DNA of 64,000 nt from Octopus sinensis (GCF_006345805.1 NC_043005.1:104532001-104596000); one strand, 5' to 3'; shown: positions 11,131-24,681, numbered from the stretch's first letter. Numbers and translations: made by a program. The notes: generated by a model from the sequence alone, not told the origin.

Positions 11131-14100
11131 ATCTATCACAGGTCCAAGAGAAAGTACTCTACCTGATAATGCTATTATCTATGCATGTTTGTATATGCAT
11201 ACATACAGCATAAACTGTATTTCAGTATATCATGAACTATCAATGGATCACAAGGATTTCGGCATTTTCAACAGTGTTGCTCCTTCTAGACAAGCAGAAT
11301 CACAACACGGTACTTTCTGTCAACATTTAACTCGTCTCTTCTGTTTGTCTGTCTCCATACTGCTGCAATTTTGATAAGTTGTGTCGACAATCATGTCAAC
11401 TCTGCAGCGTATATTACCACCATATAATGTTCCTTTACCTGTAGAATATCCATGCCGATTTTGGTTTTTGTTTCTCTCCGCATTTTGCCAGCCACTTTCT
11501 GTTATCCATCTCCCAAGTCCAAACACATTGTTATATCACAGGTATAACTGCAAAATATGTGTACAATAGTTCTTCTGGAACTATCGTACACTGCTACTAT
11601 TAATCTTTAAACGATTCCTCTCTATTGCTCACCGTTTATGAGTCCATTTCTTGTTGCCTCTTCATGCCAATGTTACTTCGACAACCAGAAACTGTTTGCC
11701 ATGTCGGCTCTCGCCATAATATCAAATTGTTGTTTTATTACTATAACATGTGAAGGGAACATACTGTATTCCCCGAACCTGGTCATTCTTTTGAGTCCCT
11801 AGTCTCATTGAAAATTCTTTGTTTTCAATTTTTTCTGCTCCTTCTCTTGTTTAATCTTTTAATACAGTCTTTTTCAAATTTCGATGGATCTGAAGGTGTC
11901 GTTTCTACTCGCATTACCTTATCCCGTCCATATTTTGATAGTTGAACAAGAGTTGTAAGTTCCTGTTTACACGTTTAGGTATAATCTGTAAGGAATGTTT
12001 TGCATATTTCAAGAATAAACTCAAACGATGTCTATCCTTTAGATATAACTCCAACCACCAATGCTTTTAATTTGAGTTAGTCAGGATATTTATAATTCGT
12101 AGCTTGTCATTCAAAAAACATCTTACCCTGTAATTTAAGCAGAGACGTGTGATAGAACAATTTGAAGAATACAGGTGTATCAAATATCCTACAATATAAA
12201 TTTTTGATTTACAAAAGTTATCTCTACTCCTAGAGTATGTGTCACATTTATGATATGACAATTGCTACAAGTTCCATGAGAAGAGGAGACAATCTCTAAA
12301 GTCAAGAATTCTTCAAAGCTGACATGCATTTCAGGAAAAAGACAGACAGGCTTATCGGCTGGAGATTACGGGATAGTTGCAGACACGTATTTCAAGCAAA
12401 GTAAGCATCATCAACACGATAATTGCCCAACTTTTCTCCTATAGCGAAGATACTTAAATTTATACTAAAAGAGTTGAGCACATTTAAGGGTTTTAATTAA
12501 CAAATCACCAAAGTGCGTTAAATGAGGAATAAAGAAAATATTACCTGCAGCCGAGTACATATTTACTATTATGTGAAGATTCAAAATTTCGCAGTATATA
12601 ATGGCTGATATAAATAGGCAGTTTAAAACAAGTTGAAAGTCGACCAGTTAGTATCCTATTACTAGTTTTGTGTTGTGTCAGTAAACCAAAACAATTCTCT
12701 AATGACCCTAGTAACGCAGGCGGTAGATATTTACTGTAGTGTAGGAATAGGAACAATATCTAATAGGGACTTGTCAAATAAACACCGGTTTCCTTGGCCG
12801 AGTTCATCTGCTTCTTTTGCCTGTAACTTGATGACAGGCGATACTTGCTGGATTCGAGACATTCAGTAAAGTATGTTTGCATTTACTATGTATTTCTATG
12901 TATATACCTGTTTATTTTGATCCGACTGTACATCATTCTCGTCTATATTTTGCGCAATATAGATTTCAGCCGCGGAGTCTCTATTGACAAGGTCTGCTAG
13001 AAATAGCTGCCAAAACTTACTCAAACCTAACCCTGCTGTATTATGTGAGGAAAGGAGACAAGAAAATATAGTCCAGGGAGACAAAGCAGTTACGGCTGGA
13101 ATATCTTTGTACATAGGCTTGCTCGATCAGGGTTGGGCTGGGGCTAAACATGATTGTCAGATGATCTATCAGTATGCCTGTCTGTACTCTGAGTGTTGTG
13201 TGTGTGTGTGTGGGGGGCTTGACTGCTTTGTAGATTCCTAGGTTGTTTCGATGTCGATGTCTGAGGTCCAATTAGTCGGAACGTGTGTGTGGGTGTGGGT
13301 GATTGTGTTTGTGTGTAGGTGGGTGGACGTGTGTGCTTGTGTGTTTTGCTAAACTGTGACTTTGTCGGTATAAGTTTTTTTTTTTTTGTCATTGGCTTCT
13401 TGATACCTGCATTAAATATGTTAACACTAACTTAACTCTTTTCTCCGTATCTCTCCGTCCATCTGTCTGTCCTGCCGGCCTATTTATCTATCTCTTTGAC
13501 AATCACTCAGTCTCTCTATCTGTCTGTGCATCTGTCTGTTTGTCTTTGTGGTTATCTGTCCGTGACACTCTCAGTCACTGTGCCTAGGTCTTCAAACACT
13601 TTACATGTAAGGTTTGCTGTCTATCTGTCCATCAAATCGTCAGACTGTATCTCTGCTTGTCTGTCTGTATGTCTGGCTGGCCTGCTTACTGAGTGTTTAC
13701 TGGTCCGTGTAAATGTCACAGTCTAGACCGATGAAAATAGGTGGCGAAGCTTAATGGCGTGCGATGTGGGCTGTAAGCATGAATCTCCATGCGTATGGGA
13801 AGTTGAGTGCTTGTGAGGGAGCGGAGAGACACTGAAATAGGGGGTCGAGAGGGAAAGGTTCAAATGACCTTTAATTAACTGATATGGCCGAATACAATTT
13901 ACATCATTCTAATCAATCTAACAGTTAGAATACACTACCCCAACAACAACAACAACAACAGCAATGCAAGTTTGATGCGAGAAAACTTGTGTGGTTGCTC
14001 CACTTGCTAGAAATAGGACGCAATTGTTTCCGAAAAGAATGCGTTGAATAATATAAACTTGAGTTCCTTGTACATCGGTATACGATGGAATGGTCAGAAT

Positions 14101-14149
14101 TGGAACGGCTTCTGATCATGTCTGCTCGATCAAAGTTGACTTGGAGATA

Positions 14150-14234
14150 AACATCATCATCATCATCATCATCACCACCACCACCACCACCACCACCACC
14201 CTCTTCCTCCTCCTCCTCCTCCTCCTCCTCCTCC

Positions 14235-14268
<34 letters not shown>

Positions 14269-14269
14269 G

Positions 14270-14300
<31 letters not shown>

Positions 14301-14330
14301 GCAACAACAGTAGCAACCAGAAGAACAGCA
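14150..14330. repeat. Compound trinucleotide array (CAT)(CAC)(CTC)(CAT)(AAC)
   Basis: Directly visible. Confidence 0.95.
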
Positions 14331-14852
14331 ACAAAAAACGTTACCCTTAGCGTTATCTAATAAGCAGCTCTTTCACCCTCTCATCTCCCGTTGCTACTAT
14401 TGCTACTGCAACTTACCAAACCAAGAAAAGAACGATTCTATACAGCTATTCTACTTTCTCGGTGTTGAAAATATCATTCGTATCATTGCTTTGCTGAATA
14501 CTGGGTCTCCTAATACATTTATGCCACGTTACTGCAAACTGACAGCTCTTAATGCATTATAGGATTATCGTTTGAGAAAATCATGGCTATATCTGATAAA
14601 AACACAGCTTTGTTTTTGTATTTATTTATCCCGAATTATGGAGAAAATATTGTAGGTGAAAGGTGAGAGTCACTCCCCAAAATTAGTTCGATATAGCCAC
14701 CAAAATTCACTCAGCACCATTCGTTAAAATGCTAAAATGAAGTTCTTAACGGTATAACCGCTAATTGTTAGCCCAACAAAATCCACAATAAAGACAGGGA
14801 AGCTGGAACGGCTAGATCAATGAACGAATGCTGCTGTAATCTGCTATGTGCA

Positions 14853-14991
14853 GATCGAGCAAATCGACCCCAGGACATATTCTTTGTAAGCCTAGTACTT
14901 ATTCTATCGGTCCCTTTTGCCGAACCGCTAAGTTACGGGGTCGTAAACACAGACACACAACACACACACACAAACACACACACACACACAC

Positions 14992-15053
<62 letters not shown>

Positions 15054-15218
15054 CGACGGGCTGCTTTCAGTTTCCATCTACCGAATCCACTCACAAGGCT
15101 TTGGTCGGCCCGAAGCTATAGTAGAAGACACTTGCCCAAGGTGCTGCGCGGTGGGACTTAACCCGGAACCATGTGGTTGGTAAGCAAGCTACTTACCACA
15201 CAGCCACTCCTACGCCTA
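14853..15218 (-). mobile_element. SINE family A, near full length (extreme 3' tail missing)
   Basis: Reverse-complement head 15050-15218, (CA)n linker, partial tail. Confidence 0.9.
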
Positions 15219-15442
15219 TAAATATCATACAAATTAAATTCGTTATTTATCAAAAAACTGAGTCCGTTTCGCAAAAAGATACCCAGCGACGATTGCAACG
15301 GGCACCAAATGAGAAGTGGGCGAAGACTACAATGAATCAAGAATTAATCTTCCGAATTAGCACGCCTTTAAGGGAATCGAACGATTGTTTAGGGAAAGAG
15401 TATGTTGCTTTGCAATCCTACCAATCCTTGCGTAACGAACCA

Positions 15443-15622
15443 TAGGAGTGGCTGTGTGGTAAGTAGCTTGCTTACGTACCACATGGTTCCCGGTTCAGTC
15501 CTACTGCGTGGCACCTTGGGCAGGTGTCTTCTACTATAGCCTCGAGCCGAGCAAAGCCTTGTGAGTGGATTTGGTAGACGGAAACTGAAAGAAACCCGTC
15601 AAATACATGTATGTATATATAC

Positions 15623-15686
<64 letters not shown>

Positions 15687-15920
15687 GTGTGAGTGTGTGT
15701 CTGTATTTGTGTGTTTGTGCTTGTTCCCCCAACATCGCTTCTTGACAACTGATGCTGGTGTGTTTACGTCCCCGTAACATAGCGGTTCGGCAAAAGAATT
15801 CGATAGAATAAGTACTTGGCTTACAAAGAATAAGTCCTGGGCTTGATTTGCTCGACTAAAGGCGTTGCCCCAGCATGGCCACAGTCAAATGACTGAAACG
15901 AGTAAAAGAGTTAAAAGAGT
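15443..15920 (+). mobile_element. Full-length SINE family A
   Basis: A-box-like TGGCTGTGTGG, B-box-like GGTTCAGTCC, CCTTGGGCAGGTG core, (GT)n linker, tail ending AGTAAAAGAGTTAAAAGAG. Confidence 0.93.
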
Positions 15921-16461
15921 ATACATGTGTATGTGTGTGTGTGTGTGTGTGTGGCTATACGTACGTATACGCCCATCCATACGAACACACTCATATATGG
16001 ATAGATAGATAAATAGATAGATAGAAAAATAGATAGATAGATGGACAGACAGATAGTAAAACATATAAATAGATAGATATGCAAGAATATAAACTTCAAA
16101 AATTACATAGGAAGCGCGACAGAGGAGAGAGAGGGGGGTGGGTGATAGAGATTGAAAGAAAGAGAAAAAGAAAAGGGGGGGGGCTGAAAGAAGGAGAAAG
16201 ATTGGTGAGAGATTGAGATACAAATGTGTAGCTTGGTATTTTAATGAGAACAGTAATAGATAAGTTGTCTGCCCAAAATCCAAATCCTTGAAAGCATTGA
16301 CCTTTAAGAGTGGAATCTTATGAAACGTGTCTTGTGTGAAATGTAAACAGAAGAAGCGTCAGCCATTAACATAGAGCTCACAGCACTTTATTTCTTCTAT
16401 GACATTCCAGCTTCCTATTTTGGTAACGGTGAACACAAGCATATATATATATATATTATAT

Positions 16462-16527
<66 letters not shown>

Positions 16528-19519
16528 GATGTACGTTATGCATACATATGTATATATAGATATTACATACGTATATTTAATGTATGAAATAAATTCACGC
16601 ACATATGTATACTTATATACACACATATGTGTATGTATGTATATGTGTGCGTAAGTGTATGTGTAAGTTTGTATATGTATGTAAAATGGAAGTTCAGTAA
16701 ACATACTGAAATTTACACAGGCATTGTTAGTAATAATTGTTTGCGTAGTTTGTGCGCGTGTGTATGTAGGTAAATATGTATGTATGGATATAGAAGCACA
16801 AAAGTACAAATATATGGATGAAGATCCGCAGACACACATGCTTGCATATATACCGAGAGAGAAGGAGAGGGAGAGAGAGAGTGAGTGAGAGAGAGAAATA
16901 CAAAGTGAGAGTGAGTGGGAGGAGAGTAGAGACTCCGTAGGTAGTCTATTGAACTGACGCTATGAAATTTTCAAGTTGAATGTAAATTGAAAAGGAGAGA
17001 GGTTGTAATTGTACTTTTTTATAGCTTATACGTTTTACTAAATTTATATACATACCTAAATATGATTATGTGCACACTCACACGCTCTCTCTCTCTCTCT
17101 CTCTCTTTCTCTCACTCTCTCTGGTGTATATATATATATATACATGGATGTATTTGCATACGTACGTAGATACATTTATGCACAGTATAACACATACACA
17201 AACAAATATATATATACTCAATTATAATCAACCCACTATAATCATGTACAGGTACACATATACATACAATGAACAAACATACGAATATAGACAGTCACAC
17301 ACCTTCACACGTATATAGTTTGGAATGTAACATACACAGATATCATATAATCTCGAATACACGGCATAAGTGTGTCTGAGTGTGTCTGAGTGTGTGTGTG
17401 TGTGCATGTGTGGGTTTGTGTCTTTATATACAGTATATATCTGTATATGTGTGTGCATATATTGGTATGCATGTATGTTGTATCAGAACATGATACGTAA
17501 ATATCGACACAGAAAACATAACTTGCACGCATACAGGATGCATTAATGTATATGAAATTATAAGCATATACTCGGAATCATAACGCAAAAAGGCAGATAC
17601 GCATCAATGGAACAAATGAACGTATATGCATACACGCATGCAAACACACACACGCGCATACACACACACACGCGCACAAAGATATACACATGTCTGAATT
17701 ATACACCATTATTTCATTGCAATTAAAATATCCAACACTATTACAGGTATTTTTAATATTCTTTCCAAGTGTTTCTGTTGTTGCTGCCGAGAAAGAGAAG
17801 AATGTTAGCAGAACTGGTAGGGCATTGTGCTGATCGTACTATAGAGTGTATTCTCGTCCTACGACGTTGCCGTTTTCAAGTCCCGTCCGAGGCTAATTCT
17901 GCTTTCTTACATCTATGTTCAATCGGTAAAAAATGCGTAGCTTGGGAACAAAGTATATCATTTTAATGCAGTCAAAAAGAGCTTTTGTGTTTTTATCTCG
18001 TACATATGATAATAGCGCCAAAAGAAAAATGGAAGAAAAGCTTCTTTGCCGCAGTTCAATCTGTATCTCGGGTTTCTTACTTCAAAATACCCCACTGTTG
18101 GTCTGTTTTTTAGTTACGCCAGTCACTGACGTATGATACAATAAGAACAATTAATATTCTACATTTATTTCAATTGACGGTATATTTTACATTCTAAAAC
18201 TGACTGGTACCAAATCTAAAGAAATCAATGTTATGGTTTTAAGATCTTATGGGGTTTTGTGGAATAGAGAATGAATTTCTGCAAACCGCGACTGCTGCAA
18301 TTTTGTTGAAGACGTCATTATAAAACAATCTGCTTCGCCAAAACGAAGCATATCCTTTTTTTATATATATTGAACTAAAAATAATAAAAATGAAATCAGC
18401 ATATACATCCACCTCCGCGGAATCTTTCGTAATTAAGTAATTATCAACAGATATGCATTTCTTATGTGCTATTAGGTCAATGAGAGGTAGACTGGTCTAT
18501 ACTTGTTATCACTCGCACTTCATAATGAGTTTAATTCTCAGAAAACGAAACAGAAAGAGATTATTATAAATTTTGCTTTGGGACCAAATAAGCCGTTTTC
18601 TAAAGGTTTCTCAAGTTCTGTTTAAAGAATTTGAAGTCAGATTTAAAAGCATAGGTACCATGCTTGATTTGATTGTGGTGGTCACTACATTGTTACACCC
18701 GAAAATGGCAGATACTTACAGCTGATTGGATTCAACCAGATATAATTAAGTATTGTGAGGTTGAATGTAAAACAGTGCATGCGGTGATCAATTTATCGAT
18801 ACTAATTCTAGGCAACTAATTACTTCATCGACCTCAGAAGAAAATAAGATTTAATTTTAAAAGGCGTAGTGAAATATCACAAGGTATATTATCAAAGCAC
18901 TTTCTATAATAATGATAGATAAATTCTGTCTGTCCGTCTGGGACCCCTGTATCTTTGTCTACATTTGCTTTGCGTAGACATAGAATACCTTTTTGGAATC
19001 AGAATGATTCTGGGACTGAAAATCTGGCCATCATTTGGTTCTTGAACATCCCACATTGGGATCTGATTTAAAAGCATTTAGGTCGTTATTTCTAGCAGGT
19101 AAAGCTTGGCTAATTCACGCCATCTTGGTTGGCGTTTGTCAGATGACGTCAGAGATCAAACGGGAGATAAATGACATTCGCTTGGTTAATTTTACGTTGA
19201 ATAAAAACTTTGAGAAAATTCGCCAACAGTTGGACTTCAACTCGGGACTGGAACAATAGAATGATTGCATTACAGACTTAATTCTCATCCATTCTTAACC
19301 TCTAATCAAACACCTTCGGGACATATAGTCATTATAGACGTATTGTAGTCATGGTATTTAGCACTCCTCTGTTTTGGGCCGCAGACCCAATTAGTCCTCC
19401 ACAGGAGCTAGCACAAAAGTCTGCACGGATTGCATCGTTTAAGCTAGTATTTATTATATAAAAGGCTTCTAGATGCAGCGTTATTATATGTTGTATTGTA
19501 AACAACTGTCATGAAAATA

Positions 19520-19722
19520 ATAGTTGCAAATTTCGGCACAAGGATGCAGGTCAAGTCGTTTACATCGACCCTAGTACTCAACTGGTACCTATTTCACCGA
19601 CCCTAAAATGAGAAAAAACAAAGTCGACCCCGGCGGCAATTGAACTCAGAACGTATAGAGCGAGATAAATGCCGTGAAGATTTCTGACCGGCATATTAAA
19701 AGATTGTCTCAGCCCGTCGCCT
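19520..19722 (-). mobile_element. Degraded SINE family B
   Basis: CTGGTACCTATTTCACCGACCC..AAAGTCGACCCCGGCGG..TGAACTCAGAACG. Confidence 0.7.
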
Positions 19723-20579
19723 TAATTAATATGGAGATAATGTGATATTTACTTAATCTTCGATGTCAGTCTTGAGATGTTTGATCGTTTACGTCGAAAT
19801 TCTATTACCAAAGAGAAAACTGTGCAGCTGTGATGGTTGGTGATGGTTGGTATTAATGAGTAGCTATGGATGTTCATTTCTGTTGAAATTCAAGTCATAT
19901 TTTGCAATGAATGTAGCGTCCATATCTATCTATCTAGATCCTTCTTGTTTTTAAAATTCTATATAAGATTATACATTTTTCAACTTGGGCTATTTTCTGC
20001 TTCGGTATGCGTTGCAATGTCTGTTTGTTGTCGATGCATGGTCAGCGGACGAGATACTGCAATTGAAGTGCAAGACTTATGAAAGTATACAATTTCCACA
20101 CATTCATCTAAATTTACAAATTACATTAGTTAAGTGAATTTTGTTTGGTTGCATGCTGGTTTATGGTTTGTTGTCGATCAGATTTTTAATTTTCGTGGTC
20201 TTTTAATATATGATTATTTCTAGTTTATGATTGGGAGTAATGCATGTTGTATTCTGTTTAATGGGATTTGGGGATGATAATGCTTTCATCTATTCTATAA
20301 CCAGGAAGCGTTTTGTTTATCCGTAACACAATTCTTGCGTTGTATGTTTACGTTTTCTATACGTTTTTGTAATTATTGCGTTGGTTTTGTTTCTATATTG
20401 CTGTATAATTTAGACTGCTAAATTATTTCAATATCCATTATTAATTAACATTTGTTTTATCCTTTAATTCCTTAGTTGTTTCTGCTACTTTTAGGGATAA
20501 TCTAAAAGTCTTTTCAATAAGGACGCTATGATGTATGTTATGTACATATACTTTCAAAAACATACATACATTCACAACC

Positions 20580-20626
<47 letters not shown>

Positions 20627-20680
20627 ATACACTGTGTATCAATATGTGTGTGTATAGATATATGTATACTGTATATATTT

Positions 20681-20733
<53 letters not shown>

Positions 20734-20836
20734 CATATATATATGTATGTATATATACACACATATATTTACAATATATATATATATATATATATGTACG
20801 CACGTTATATTTATATGTGTGTGCATATACATACAT

Positions 20837-20941
<105 letters not shown>

Positions 20942-21334
20942 ATTACAGATATAGGGTGAAATATAATTCATTTAATAAAATCAACAAATTTCACCTAGTA
21001 GTATTTCGGTATGGAAAAGGACCATATTCAGTAAAAATTTATATAATTATAATAATAAGGGTTTTTTGCAACAAGTTGCTTAAACCACATACCGAAAATT
21101 TTAGAAATAGCACCCAGAAGACTACTAGTTCCTTTTACTACAAAAATAAATCTACACAGACAACAATATTTGTAACTCACATATGGCAAAAAAAGAAGAA
21201 AAATAATGAAATCACAGTCTTCGGTTGATTATGGACGTACGTTTCTGGATTAGAATCATAAGACTCATATATATATGTATGTCTGTGTATATGTATATGT
21301 GTATATATATTATGTATGTGTATGTATGTATTTT

Positions 21335-24170
21335 TTATCGACTTCAGCTCAAAGCTGTAGCCATGCTGGGGCACCGCCGTTTGGTACACTGTTATTACTG
21401 AGAGTCTCTTCTGATATGTGACATTTGGTCAATAAGTGAGTTTGATGTAGCTGCCCTCATTTGTGTCTCGTTCATCTGGGACTCTCTCCAAGAAGAGATC
21501 CAATTTTGTTTTCAAAATACCTACATCCACTTTGTATAGGCCCTTCAAGCTCTTCGGGAGAATATTTAAAAGTTGCGGGCCCCTGAAACCCAGACTGTTG
21601 TAATAACTGGTCCTGAAGCGCGACGGTATTGCTGGGATCTTTGGCACTGTGCAGTGGAACCCGTTCTTGCATTTTTGTAGCTTTCAGTGCCAAAATTTGG
21701 CACAATCCCTTACAGGATCTTCCAAATGTATATTACAGCATATCTCTTCCGCCTGCGCTCCTGGTTGTAGGGTCTTAGCTATTTCAGTTTTTCCCAGTAG
21801 TTGAGCTGTTGCAAAGAGACGATCTTCTTTGTCTAGATTCGCTGGATTGCTTCAAGTTCAGCTGTTAACTTTACACTGTGGGGTGACCATATTTGGGAGC
21901 AATAATCCAAACGGCTGAGGATGAATGTTCTCCAGAGGATCATCATGGTTTCTTTTTCTCTGGTTCTGAAGGTTCTCAGAATCCACCCAGCCAGCCGTTT
22001 GCACTTTGTCGCCATGTTGGTAATGTGCACTTGGAAAGAAGTATCATCACTTATGTCGATACACAGGTCACGCTCTGATTTAAGTTCTGGGATTGTAATC
22101 GCTCCTGGGCCAGTGTACCCTGTAAGGTTTTCGTTCAGCTTTATGTGTTGGTAGCGCAGGGCTTCGAATTTTCCAGCATTAAATTACATATTATTGTACT
22201 CAGACCATCTGTAAAGTGCAACCAACTCCTGCTGCAGGCGTGCAGCATCGCTAGGGTTTTGTCTTTTCTGCGAAACTTTCGTTTCATCTGCGTGGCTAAT
22301 TAGGGTGGCTAGCTGGGCAGCTGAGGGCATATCTGAGAGGGCCACTATGAAAAACAATGGTCCCAAGACTGCCCTGTGGAACACCACTAACTATTTGTGT
22401 TTCCTTTGAGGTAGCTCCATTGGCCATCACTGCCTGACTTCTATCTTTCAGAAAGTTATGTAACCACTCTCCAAGTTTTCCAGCTATGCCAAGATCGCAC
22501 AGCTTGTGGCATATCATACCATGATCAATTTTAACAAAAGCTTTTGCAAATTCAAGGTATATTACGTCCAATTTTGAATTGTCGAGTAACTGTTTCAACA
22601 CCCAATCATAATGCTGTAGGAGCTGGGTCAGCCAGCTCTTACCTGGTCGAAAACCATGCTGGGTATCACTCAGCAAATCGCTTTCTTCAAGGAGTGCAAC
22701 TAATTTCCTTCTGACTTTTCTTTCTATGAATTTGCTGATGTATGAAGTCAGAGAGATAGGCCTATAGTTTTTGGCATCTGCTCTGCTTCCTCCTTTATGG
22801 TTTGGGCATATCATTCCTTCCTTTCGTTTGCTTGGCAGCTTGCTAGTTGCAACAAAACTCTGGAAGAGAATCTGTAGTGGTTTTGCCAGGGCATGGTTGC
22901 ACGATTTGAGAGGATCGCTGGGAAACCATCAGGGCCATCAGCTGAGTTTACGTCCACCTCATCTGTGGCTAGAATTATATCTTCTTCACCAATGTCTATG
23001 TAATCCATCGTAACTGCCTCACTTGTTATAAGTGATGCGACAAAGAAACCCACTGGTTCGTTCAATTGTCTGTGTTCCAACGTGGTGTTAAAAATACTTT
23101 TGAACTGGTCATTTAGCCCCTCATTTGATCCTGGTTGGGTTATCTGTGAGGGAGCCATTCTTCTGGAAGTGGGGGCTTATTTTGCAGCGTACTGAGGTCG
23201 TTTATTTCACATAATGAAAGGCCTTTGGGTTTGACTTCAAGCTTTTTTTTTTTAACCAAGGTTTCTTTCTCTGCTCTCTCCTTCACATAGGATTGTTGCC
23301 GGCTTTTTTCAACCTCCATCAGTGTTGAATTTAGGCGGGACCTTTCACTACCTTTAGGGTGCTGGTTGAAGTGATTTGCAACTTTCGTCCGTCGTCTCAT
23401 GAGGATCTTCCTCTCCCTTTGAATGTCGTGTCTTTTTGAGTTGGACTTGTGCTCTGGGACATATTTCTGGCATATTGTTTGCATAACAGAAATGAAATAT
23501 TCTAGTTTCATGCTAATGTCTGGTTTGGAGACATATTTTGGCCAGTTCTGTCTGAGGATCTCTTTTTGGGTCGATTTCTTGTCTGCTTTGTGGAAGTTCC
23601 GATTGGAGAGATTGTGGGTGCCTCCCTTAGGCTGTATGTCTCTGGCTACTTTTGGTCCATACATAGACAGCTCTATTACGTCGTGATACAAAACTAGCGT
23701 CGGCGCTACTTTCACATTATGAACGACGTCCATGTTGTTTGTGAAGCAGAGATCCAATATACTATTTGCCCTGGTTGGTCGGAGCACAATTTGCTCAATG
23801 AATAGGGCATTGGTGAGGTTGAGCAGGGAATCCACCGGTACTTGCTTGCAATAAGTCATTCCTTAGAGCATGAGGTCTTCGGGCCATTTGATACTTAGGA
23901 AGTTGAAATCACCCAGAAGAAACACATTCATGTGATGTTCCAGTTTCATGACGGTTTTTTTTTCTTTCGAATTCAATTTTTTAGAAAATTTTTGTGCGGC
24001 CATCTTCGAACTTGCCCGTGTGGTTTGGAGTATCCGGTGGGCGATATGTATTGCATATGATTATATTGTATTGTCTTATGTATACAATTTGAATCTTACA
24101 TACTGAATTTGAGCGTGACAGTGGGGCCTGAGGCATAAGGTTTTCACGGAGTATACAGCATCTCTACCAT
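21335..24170 (-). mobile_element. CR1-clade LINE, 5'-truncated in the APE domain, ORF2 frameshifted, 3' UTR intact
   Basis: APE: IICNTYRPP, LLGDFNF..IKW, PTRANSILDLCFTN; RT: NYRPISLTS, QHGFRPG, DVIYLEFAKAF, VLGPLFF, HADETKV; C-terminus LDYCSQIWSP, ERRR.RYAVIYIWKI; 3' tail at 21343-21378. Confidence 0.92.
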
Positions 24171-24199
24171 ATACACATATGTATATGTATGTATGTATA

Positions 24200-24640
24200 T
24201 ATATATATATATGTATAAGGGTGGAAAGGAACACACGAGTTGATATATATGAAAAAACAAGTCAAAAATAGAAAATGCTAAGATAATTTTATAGTGAATC
24301 TTTCAGTACCATTCAAAATACGACCATCAAGGCATTCCCAGATTTCACCACCCCCTCTCCACATCAGCCTCCTTATTCTTCACCTACCCTACCAAGAACT
24401 CACAACGACCTCGAACACACAAGTGCAAACAAGGGAGTCAGAGAAAGGCAGAATGCTACTTATATCTGAACACTACTATAGAAATATTCTTTTAAAAAAA
24501 CTTTTCTTCTAATTTTTCTAAATTTAATTATTTAATCGTTACAGTTGAAAAGGTCTCAAAATGACCGAAACCGGTACTGAAAGATTCACTATAAAATTAT
24601 CTTAGCATTTTCTATTTTTGACTTGTTTTTTCATATATAT
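24200..24640 (+). mobile_element. PLE-type pseudo-LTR mini-element with perfect 68-bp inverted arms and hammerhead motif
   Basis: 24243-24310 is the exact reverse complement of 24573-24640; flanked by (TA)n. Confidence 0.75.
24539..24582 (+). ncRNA. Minimal type-I hammerhead ribozyme motif, U3-A8 variant
   Basis: Stem I TTACAG/CTGAAA (1 mismatch); core TTGAAAA; stem II GGTC/GACC; GAAA; palindromic ACCGGT; GUA, predicted cut after 24576. Confidence 0.75.
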
Positions 24641-24681
24641 ATATATATATATAAAATATATATATATATATATATTATATA

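Noticed and set aside
11130-12300. Upstream extension of the R4/Dong element
   Set aside because: Only faint motif hints (e.g. a GG-containing segment near 12050), too decayed to support by eye.
12334-12399. Possible 66-nt exon (CAG|...|GTAAGC)
   Set aside because: Weak polypyrimidine tract, no recognisable product and no partner exons; it may be LINE debris. The AG..GTAAGT segment at 5638-5808 has stops in all frames.
14090-14350. Long homopolymeric ORFs (poly-I/T/L/N; also 32877-33338, 34060-34374, 48840-49426)
   Set aside because: Translations of trinucleotide microsatellites, with no splice context or domain.
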